This document shows, one piece after another, positions 16,554-22,717 of a stretch of 22,717 bases of DNA. Position numbers and translations under genes: made by a program. Location: NCBI GenBank assembly GCA_050246315.1, contig JBFWWG010000025.1:1-22717 (forward strand), in the 5' to 3' direction. Position 1 is the stretch's first letter. Each line of letters opens with the position of its first letter. The notes beneath the pieces were generated by a model, which had not been told where the DNA came from, did not search any database, and saw only the letters and a program-made list of their open reading frames with translations. Origin of the DNA: Nitrospiraceae bacterium. GTDB taxonomy: Bacteria > Nitrospirota > Nitrospiria > Nitrospirales > Nitrospiraceae.

Positions 16554-16727
16554 GAAGCTTCGTATAGAGGGGCTCTGCCCGATGAGCCGCCGGCTCACAC
16601 GAAGTGCAGGATGGCGGGCAGGCTCGCCCCACGAGACCTCCATGTACTGTTTCAAGTACGCCTCGGTCTCCTGGGGCTCCGCACACCCGTCTCGCGTGGC
16701 GTCTCCGCAGTTTCGTCACGAAGCCTC
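16554..16727. mobile_element. Putative MITE/REPIN-like structured element with 10-bp terminal inverted repeats
   Basis: Ends gaagcttcgt (16554-16563) and acgaagcctc (16718-16727) match 9/10 as inverted repeats. The interior has a nested hairpin gcccca-c-gagacc-N5-gtact-N6-agtac-N5-ggtctc-c-tggggc (16626-16677) and tgagcc-gcc-ggctca. No transposase in the window. Confidence 0.5.
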
Positions 16728-16765
16728 ATACATAACGCGGGCTAGTCCGTTCCGATGCCGCTGCC

Positions 16766-17134
16766 TCACGCGTTGCCTCGGTTGATGAACGCAAGGCTGA
16801 GGTCGGTGATCGACCGGGTCACGTGCCCCTTGCCGCTGACGTCGTCGCAGTAGATCAGCCCGCCGGGGCCCAGACGCAGGGTCGCGCCGTCGCTGGCCAC
16901 CACCTCGCCCTCACCGGAGAGAACGATGCAGATATAGGGTTGCGGCGCATTGTGCGCCGGCGCCTCGGTGCCGGCCGGGACCGAGAACGTGACAAAGCTG
17001 TTGACCGCCTCGCGGTCGGACATTCGCCCCACCGGGTTCGGCGGCGGCCCGAGAGGCGCCTCGTGCTCCGGAAGATCCCGGGCACCGATGTGCGTTTCGC
17101 CCTGTTCGTCGGAGTAGATACGCGGGAATTTCAT
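16766..17134 (-). CDS. Small cupin-domain protein
   Basis: GGAGG 7 nt before ATG 17134; RIYSDEQGETH, AHNAP..YICIVLSG, DG...LGPG, DDVSGKGH. Confidence 0.85.
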   Translation of the reverse strand: MKFPRIYSDEQGETHIGARDLPEHEAPLGPPPNPVGRMSDREAVNSFVTFSVPAGTEAPAHNAPQPYICIVLSGEGEVVASDGATLRLGPGGLIYCDDVSGKGHVTRSITDLSLAFINRGNA

Positions 17135-17194
17135 GTCCGGTCCTCCGTCTGAGATTGCTATCACTACACTGCCACCGTCGGCCCTGGACGGGAA

Positions 17195-18226
17195 TCAGCC
17201 GTGGTATCGCCGTAACGGCTCGCGCACCGGCCAGCGACTTGGTTGGAGCTTGCCCGTCGGCTCGGCAAAACGACAGCGGAGCGTCCCAAGGCGCTCGAAC
17301 GTAATGTGAATCTCGTCGCCCGGGTCAATGAAGTCGTCGTGGTCGCAGCCGGTGCAGTCAGGGATCGTGCCGAAGCCCATCACCGAGCCTGGCTTGAGAG
17401 GAGCGATGGACCCCAACCAGGAGAACACGTCTTCGGCCTTGTGGCTGATTTCCGAGGTGGATCCCTGGTACCTGACCCGCCCGTTGACCAAAACCGTCAC
17501 CTTGAGGTTGTACGGATCACCCACGTCATCGGGCGTGACCAGATAAGGCCCGAGCTGGTTGCCCTTCGCCATATCCTTCGTCAGACAGAAGCCGCCGATG
17601 AACTCCGGAGCTTGAACATCGCGGGCCGAGATGTCGTTGAAGATACAGAAGCCGGCCACCGGCTGCTGTGGGTTTCCGTAGACGACGGCCAGCTCAGGTT
17701 CGATATCCAACCGCGACGTGTAAGTCGGCCACGGGATGGTTTCTCCGTCGCCGACGATGGTGTTCATGTTGCTCTTGTAGTACGACAGCGGTTCGGGCTG
17801 ACCTGCGGGGAGCTTGGCTTTCGGGCCCATAATGGCTTTAGCGAACGCCTGCAACAGCGGCGCTGTCTGCGGGTTGTCCTTCTCATACTTCATGATGGTC
17901 TCGGCAGAGTTCTTGAGGTGTCGTGGCGTCAGGCCGAAGTCGAACAGGGCAGCAAGCTCCACCGGCTCCAGCAAATGGACGGCGTTGAGAGGGAAGCGTT
18001 CGCCATTTCCGAGTTCTGCGAGGTGCTGTTCGCCCCAGGGGAGGAGCTCCTTGGCCGCCCGCTCACTGTCGGGCAGGTTGGCCAGGTAGGAGCGGCTGTC
18101 AGTCAGGTGGGGGGAGAACTTCCCCGCCTTGCTTTGCAGCACGGCGAACGGGATGGCCTGGTCTTGGATGACGAGGCCGAAATATGGTGTCGGCAAGTCG
18201 GTGGCGGTGAAGCGGATCAGTTTCAC
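17195..18226 (-). CDS. Fumarylacetoacetate hydrolase (FAH) family protein
   Basis: LDIEPELAVV, IFNDISARDVQ, TKD, LGPYLVTPD, GT motif, ERLGTL. Start reassigned to GTG 18226 (GGAGGAG 9 nt upstream), which removes the overlap with the MBL gene. Confidence 0.9.
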   Translation of the reverse strand: MKLIRFTATDLPTPYFGLVIQDQAIPFAVLQSKAGKFSPHLTDSRSYLANLPDSERAAKELLPWGEQHLAELGNGERFPLNAVHLLEPVELAALFDFGLTPRHLKNSAETIMKYEKDNPQTAPLLQAFAKAIMGPKAKLPAGQPEPLSYYKSNMNTIVGDGETIPWPTYTSRLDIEPELAVVYGNPQQPVAGFCIFNDISARDVQAPEFIGGFCLTKDMAKGNQLGPYLVTPDDVGDPYNLKVTVLVNGRVRYQGSTSEISHKAEDVFSWLGSIAPLKPGSVMGFGTIPDCTGCDHDDFIDPGDEIHITFERLGTLRCRFAEPTGKLQPSRWPVREPLRRYHG

Positions 18227-18257
18227 GACATCATTCTCCTCCCGTGTCTGGCAGAGG

Positions 18258-19235
18258 CTAGAACTCGACTTCGATCCCCTTTGCCTTCGCCACTTGATAG
18301 ATGGCATCGAAGGTGGCGGCCTGGTCCCAGAGCGCATCAGGTGGTTCGTTTCTGAACTCACGGTAGGCCCGTTCGACGTTCATGAACAGCCGCGCCGGAG
18401 CACGCCACTCACTCGAAGGACCGAACTCGATTCGCTTGGCAGCCTCCAGCGCGGTGAGTCCGGCGTCGAAGCATGTCTTCGATTCGTCACGGACGTACTG
18501 AAGGTACGCTTTCATCTCCATCGCCCCCTCGATTCCGCAGAGCGGACCGTGGCCGGGGACGATGACTTGCGGGTTGAGTCGGACGATCAAGTCGAGGCAT
18601 TGGAACCACTTTTCGTATGATCCCGTCCAACCTATCGGCGCACATTGCCGGAACAGAACGTCCCCGGCGAACAGCACGCGCTCCTTGGGGACATGGATGA
18701 TCGTGTCGCCGACCTGATGGCACGGCCCGACGTAAAGTACATGGACCTCTGTGCCGTCGAGGTTCAGCTCGTAGCGTGTGTCGAACAGGGTCGTCGGCAG
18801 GACCAGTTCAATCCCGTCAAAGTTATAGTCCTCCAGCAATTGCTGCCCTGCGGCCACGATGCCGGGGTGGAGGGTCTTGAGGACCAGGCGCGTGAGGAAA
18901 TGACCGACGCCGTGGAGCAATTTCTGACTCTCCTTCGGATCGGCGACATGCCTCATCCGCTCCGGAACCGACCGGTGGGCGATGATCTCCGCGCCTCGGA
19001 AGAGTTGATTGCCCCAGACGTGGTCCGCGTCTTCATGGGTATTGATCACGCGCCGTGGCATGGCGGGCCACACCTTGCTGAACAGCTCGATCATCTCCCG
19101 CGCATGAGCCAGGTCCGATTGCGTATCGATCACGACACCCCCGGCCAGGTTGATGAGGCCGGAGTTGGCGTCGCACACGCGGTTCTTCTCGTTCAGGACC
19201 GCAAAGCAGTGGTCGCTGACTTGCTTCATCTCCAT
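18258..19235 (-). CDS. Metallo-beta-lactamase-fold hydrolase (cyclase-like subgroup) with variant metal motif
   Basis: ANSGLI, VVIDT, INTHEDADHVWGN, GPCHQVGD, LFAGD, VPGHG. AGGAG RBS; no signal peptide. Confidence 0.9.
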   Translation of the reverse strand: MEMKQVSDHCFAVLNEKNRVCDANSGLINLAGGVVIDTQSDLAHAREMIELFSKVWPAMPRRVINTHEDADHVWGNQLFRGAEIIAHRSVPERMRHVADPKESQKLLHGVGHFLTRLVLKTLHPGIVAAGQQLLEDYNFDGIELVLPTTLFDTRYELNLDGTEVHVLYVGPCHQVGDTIIHVPKERVLFAGDVLFRQCAPIGWTGSYEKWFQCLDLIVRLNPQVIVPGHGPLCGIEGAMEMKAYLQYVRDESKTCFDAGLTALEAAKRIEFGPSSEWRAPARLFMNVERAYREFRNEPPDALWDQAATFDAIYQVAKAKGIEVEF

Positions 19236-19359
19236 CGTTTCAGACTCCTTATGGAGTGGGTTGGTTCAACCGTGTCAGAGTGCGGGGTGACAAGACGCCC
19301 GTTGCGATTGACCGTCGCGCCAGGAGCGCAGGTTGCCGACCTCACCTCGTGAGAGCTTC

Positions 19360-21795
19360 TTAGTCGGATCGTGCTTTCTTGCGAGCGACGTCCACGCGAA
19401 CTTTCTCTTCCTCTTGCTTGCCGGCCGCCTTCATCTCCTTCACCTCGATCGTCACGCTCGGAATGTGACCGGTGAACCGCGACCGCGCCTCCGAGCCTAT
19501 CGCCTCGACGACCGGCGTGCCCAGGTCGATGCCCACGTCGGCGGTCTCGTCGGCGGAGAAGAGGCCTGCCTGTGTGACGCCGATGCGCCCTTCGCCGATC
19601 TTCTCGCCGTCCACGAGCAGCGTGCCCTGGCCGCCCTTCGAAGGGCCGCCGCCGTCGTAGGCGAAATCGAACAGGACGGTGTGCTTGCCGGGCGCGAGCT
19701 TCCTCGTGGAGGCTACCGAGAAGCGCTGCAGGCCGAGGAAGTTGTAGTCATAGGCGGGGACGCCGTCCTTCACGTAGAGCGACCAGCCGCCGAAGCGTCC
19801 GCCCTGTGCGATCAGGGTGCCGTTGCCGCCGTCTGCGGGAACCTCGATCTCGGCCGTGATGACCTTGGAGCGATTCTTCACGTTGGGAAAGACGCCTTCC
19901 ATCATGCCGTGCATGCCTTCGGCGAGCGTGATCGAGTTGCGTCCGGCCATCAGGTCGGGGCGCCCGACGGCCGCGCCGTCCAGGCGTTCGAAGACCCGGT
20001 CGTCCATGGGCAGCACGTGGTACTTCTTGGCCTCTTCGAGGAAGAGTGCTTCCAGCTCGGCCAGCTTCTGCGGATTTTTCGCGGCGACATCGTTGGCGAG
20101 GCTGAAGTCGGATCGCACGTCGTAGAGTTCCCACCCCGAAGCGTCCTTCAGCGACCGGCGTGGTGTGGGTTCCCACGGCGCGCGGTGGATCGTGCGTGCG
20201 TACCAGCCCTCGTGGTAGATCGCGCGGTTGCCGGCGATCTCGAAGTACTGGGTCGTATGACGCTCCTTCGCCTTCGCGTCGTCGAACGTGTACGCGAGAC
20301 TCGTGCCTTCCATCGGGATCTGCTTCACGCCGTTGACCGACTTGGGTTCCGGCAGGCCGATCGCCTCCAGGATGGTGGGGGCGACGTCGATCACGTGGCC
20401 GAATTGTGTGCGAACCTCGTTCTTCGCCCTGATGCCCTTGGGCCACGAGACCACCAGGCCGTTGCGGGTGCCGCCGAAATCGGACGGCACCTGCTTCATC
20501 CAGCCGAAGGGCGCATCGAGGGCCACGGCCCAGCCGGCGGCCATGTGTGGATAGGTCTCGGGGTTGCCCCACTTGTCGACGAGCTTGAGCATGTCCTCGA
20601 CCTTCTCCTGTACGCCGTTGAAGTAGGTGTACTCGTTGAACATGCCGTTCTGGCCGCCTTCGCCGCTGGTGCCGTTGTCGCCGGCGATGTAGAAGACGAG
20701 GGTGTTGTCGCCCTGGCCGACTTCGTCGAAGGCCTTGAGCATTCGGCCGATCTCGTGGTCGGTGTATTCCAAATAGGCGGCGAACACCTCTGCCTGGTGC
20801 GTGAACAGGCGCCTCTCGTCCGCCGAGAGCTTGTCCCAGTCCTTGATCGCCGGCGGCTTCGGGGCGAGCTTGGTGCCCGCGGGCACGATCCCCGCGGCGA
20901 TCTGCCGCGCGAGCGTCTCCTCGCGGAGACTGTCCCAGCCCTGGTCGAACTTGCCCTTCCACCTGGCGATCCACTCCTTCGGCACGTGGTGCGGCGCGTG
21001 CGTGGCGCCGGGCGCGAAATAGACGAAGGACGGCCTGTCAGGGGTGAGGGCCTTCTGGTACTTGATCCAGGCCCGCGCCTTCTCCGTCATGTCGTTCATG
21101 AAGTGGTAGTTCGGGTCGTTCGGCAGCTCGACCACGGCGTTGCCGTCGTACAGGAACGGCGCCCACTGGTTGGTCTCGCCGCCGATGAAGCCGTAGAACT
21201 TGTCGAAGCCCTGTCGCAGCGGCCAGCGGTCGAAGGGGCCGGCGACGCTCGCTTCCCATGCGGCCGTCTCGTGCCACTTACCGAACGCGGCGGTGGCGTA
21301 GCCGTTCAGGCGCAGGGTCTCCGCCAGCGGGGCGGCCGCACTGGGCACCTGGCCGGTCGCACCCGGGAAGCCGGTCGCCATCTCGGTGATGAAGGCCATG
21401 TTCACCGTGTGGTGGTTGCGGCCGGACTTCAGCGCGGCCCGCGTCGGCGAGCACAGCGCGGTCGTGTGGAAGTTGTTGTAGCGCAGGCCGCTCGCCGCCA
21501 GGCGGTCCAATGTCGGCGTCGGGACCGGGCCCCCGAATGTGCCGGTCGCGCCGAAGCCCAAGTCGTCGATCAGGACGAGCACCACATTGGGCGCGCCCTT
21601 GGGCGCCTTGACCTCGAAGTGCGGAGGCGAGGTCGCAGCGCGGGCATCGAGTTCGTTGTACGTCGGCCGTTGCGGCTCTGCAATCGGCAAACGAGTGCGG
21701 TCAAGTGAATCGGCCAGCGCGAGGCATGGCAGTGTTGCGAGGGTCATGATGACGGGCCCAAGCGACGCCACCGCGAGGGGCAGTGTTCGTCTCAT
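19360..21795 (-). CDS. Large exported Cys-type arylsulfatase with C-terminal beta-sandwich (LamG-like) extension
   Basis: APNVVLVLIDDLGFG, LCSPTRAAL, FGKWHE, GATHAPHH, GDNGTSGEGG, QYFEIAGNRAIY, and C-terminal GTLIAQGGRFGGWSLY...FTGHI. AAGGAG spacing favours ATG 21795 over 21801. Confidence 0.95.
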   Translation of the reverse strand: MRRTLPLAVASLGPVIMTLATLPCLALADSLDRTRLPIAEPQRPTYNELDARAATSPPHFEVKAPKGAPNVVLVLIDDLGFGATGTFGGPVPTPTLDRLAASGLRYNNFHTTALCSPTRAALKSGRNHHTVNMAFITEMATGFPGATGQVPSAAAPLAETLRLNGYATAAFGKWHETAAWEASVAGPFDRWPLRQGFDKFYGFIGGETNQWAPFLYDGNAVVELPNDPNYHFMNDMTEKARAWIKYQKALTPDRPSFVYFAPGATHAPHHVPKEWIARWKGKFDQGWDSLREETLARQIAAGIVPAGTKLAPKPPAIKDWDKLSADERRLFTHQAEVFAAYLEYTDHEIGRMLKAFDEVGQGDNTLVFYIAGDNGTSGEGGQNGMFNEYTYFNGVQEKVEDMLKLVDKWGNPETYPHMAAGWAVALDAPFGWMKQVPSDFGGTRNGLVVSWPKGIRAKNEVRTQFGHVIDVAPTILEAIGLPEPKSVNGVKQIPMEGTSLAYTFDDAKAKERHTTQYFEIAGNRAIYHEGWYARTIHRAPWEPTPRRSLKDASGWELYDVRSDFSLANDVAAKNPQKLAELEALFLEEAKKYHVLPMDDRVFERLDGAAVGRPDLMAGRNSITLAEGMHGMMEGVFPNVKNRSKVITAEIEVPADGGNGTLIAQGGRFGGWSLYVKDGVPAYDYNFLGLQRFSVASTRKLAPGKHTVLFDFAYDGGGPSKGGQGTLLVDGEKIGEGRIGVTQAGLFSADETADVGIDLGTPVVEAIGSEARSRFTGHIPSVTIEVKEMKAAGKQEEEKVRVDVARKKARSD

Positions 21796-21889
21796 CGTCA
21801 TTCTCCTTACCTTCGTGTCAACGTGACGGGTGGGCTAGCTCGAAATTGACGTAGTCGGTCACCAATATTCTCCCTAATCTCCCTTGCTG

Positions 21890-22363
21890 CTAATCCACAA
21901 ATATGGCACCCCCGAGGTGAGCATCCTTGTGGGACGGACAAAAGAAACGGTATTTTGCTCCCAGGTGTATAGCCCCTATCAGCCCTTCGTTCGATACTGC
22001 GATTTTCAGCGTACTTTTCGCCTTGACGAGCACGTGAATCGGCCTCAGCACATTGATGGTCTTTGGTCCGGTGAAATAGTCCGACTTGAATGGTCCCGTT
22101 ATATGCTCGGGGACTATCTCGTATAGCCCGTGAACGGCAAACTCATGATCTGTGCCGGTCGGATTTTCCAAAATGAAGTAGACCGGCTCCTTCAGGTCAT
22201 CTTCTTGGTCGATCAGCACCACACTTGGAGCCCAGATCGCGCGGTCGGAGGCGGGCTCTTGGGCGATGAAACGAAAATCTTTTGCTGAGGCTATCCCTCC
22301 TTGTCCGACCATCCCAAACACACCTAGCAGTGTTATGCCGGCCAGAGTAGACAATCGCCACAT
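21890..22363 (-). CDS. Exported cupredoxin-like protein resembling nitrosocyanin-type copper proteins
   Basis: AAGGAGG before ATG 22363, signal peptide (ASA-KDF), IWAPSVV, LENPTGTDHEFAV and C-terminal YRFFCPSHKDAHLGGAIFV (C-x2-H-x3-H, no axial Met). Confidence 0.75.
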   Translation of the reverse strand: MWRLSTLAGITLLGVFGMVGQGGIASAKDFRFIAQEPASDRAIWAPSVVLIDQEDDLKEPVYFILENPTGTDHEFAVHGLYEIVPEHITGPFKSDYFTGPKTINVLRPIHVLVKAKSTLKIAVSNEGLIGAIHLGAKYRFFCPSHKDAHLGGAIFVD

Positions 22364-22377
22364 ACCCCCTCCTTGGG

Positions 22378-22667
22378 TTAAATGATTACTGCAGAGCTCC
22401 CCCCGGCTCCGCCGAAGATGAAGCGCCACGGAGAATTTGCGGCACGATGAACAGGGCTTTGGCCTCGCCCTTCAGACTGCGGAGCGCAGGACCAACGCTG
22501 AGATCAGAGGCAAAGTCGTCCAAGGTCAGGTTCGCTTTGTCGGCCAGTTGTTGCTGTTCCGCAAACTCGGCTGCCGACGCGGGCATGACAGACGCGGGGG
22601 GGGGGGCGCGCCGCGTTGCGAGCGCCATCGCTCCTACGGGGATGGACCATTGAAGCAGACGACTTAT
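22378..22667 (-). pseudogene. Degraded, truncated SYLF/Ysc84 lipid-binding-domain gene
   Basis: Strong RBS AGGAGGAG followed by ATA instead of ATG (22667). The frame gives EQQQLADKANLTL...AKALFIVPQILRGA, and a 1-nt frameshift near 22422 restores FIFGGAGGS, the SYLF signature. The rest of the domain is absent. Confidence 0.75.
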
Positions 22668-22717
22668 GACTTTCTCCTCCTGTGGGTGTGTGTGCGGCGT
22701 GACGCATCACCTGTGTA

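Noticed and set aside
16389..16719. Short ORFs in the structured spacer (16389-16655, 16519-16719)
   Set aside because: No clear RBS or motifs, and they overlap the inverted-repeat structures that better explain the sequence.
18227..18361. Long N-terminal extension of the FAH ORF overlapping the MBL gene
   Set aside because: A better start (GTG 18226 with GGAGGAG) removes the overlap. Similar extensions at 9461-9583, 14675-14707, 17135-17164 and 22364-22429 were trimmed on RBS evidence.
18258..19235. MBL protein as an SdsA-type alkylsulfatase
   Set aside because: At 325 aa it lacks the dimerisation and SCP2-like domains and the signal peptide typical of that family.
19333..21708. 791-aa plus-strand ORF
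   Set aside because: Antisense shadow of the GC-rich sulfatase gene; no recognisable motifs.
21780..21801. Twin-arginine (Tat) signal in the large sulfatase (MRRTL)
   Set aside because: Lacks the S/T-R-R-x-F-L consensus; looks like an ordinary basic Sec n-region.
21890..22363. Naming the cupredoxin ncyA or inferring an ammonia-oxidising host
   Set aside because: Ligand spacing and first ligand differ from true nitrosocyanin; only motif-level resemblance is visible.
22596..22606. G11 tract as a phase-variation switch
   Set aside because: It lies in a gene already inactivated by other lesions, and homopolymer runs are prone to sequencing error.
1..22717. CRISPR array, tRNA, rRNA, transposase or integrase
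   Set aside because: No regularly spaced direct repeats, cloverleaf or recombinase motifs were seen.

Overview
GC-rich bacterial window in which every credible gene is on the minus strand. In transcription order (right to left): a decayed SYLF/Ysc84-type gene; an exported nitrosocyanin-like cupredoxin; an ~810-aa arylsulfatase; a cytoplasmic MBL-fold hydrolase / fumarylacetoacetate-hydrolase / cupin trio; a ~540-bp non-coding stretch rich in inverted repeats; two exported DUF1254/DUF1214 proteins (one fused to an extra ~240-aa domain) flanking an SMP-30 lactonase; a second arylsulfatase; a MetA-pathway/SphA-type outer-membrane channel; a membrane-anchored formylglycine-generating enzyme; a third (CxAxR-type) sulfatase; an ankyrin remnant; a DUF4136 lipoprotein; a SemiSWEET; an outer-membrane beta-barrel; and a soluble PAS/HisKA_3 kinase with a NarL/LuxR regulator and a stand-alone receiver. 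By inference this is an accessory island for scavenging and catabolising sulfate esters, with its own sulfatase maturation and regulation. Non-coding highlights are a TIR-bounded rod-like hairpin element, a REP-like doublet and a twice-occurring CTGYCA-N4-TGACAG palindrome. Family assignments come from motif recognition only; no database searches were run and the host taxon cannot be established from the sequence.
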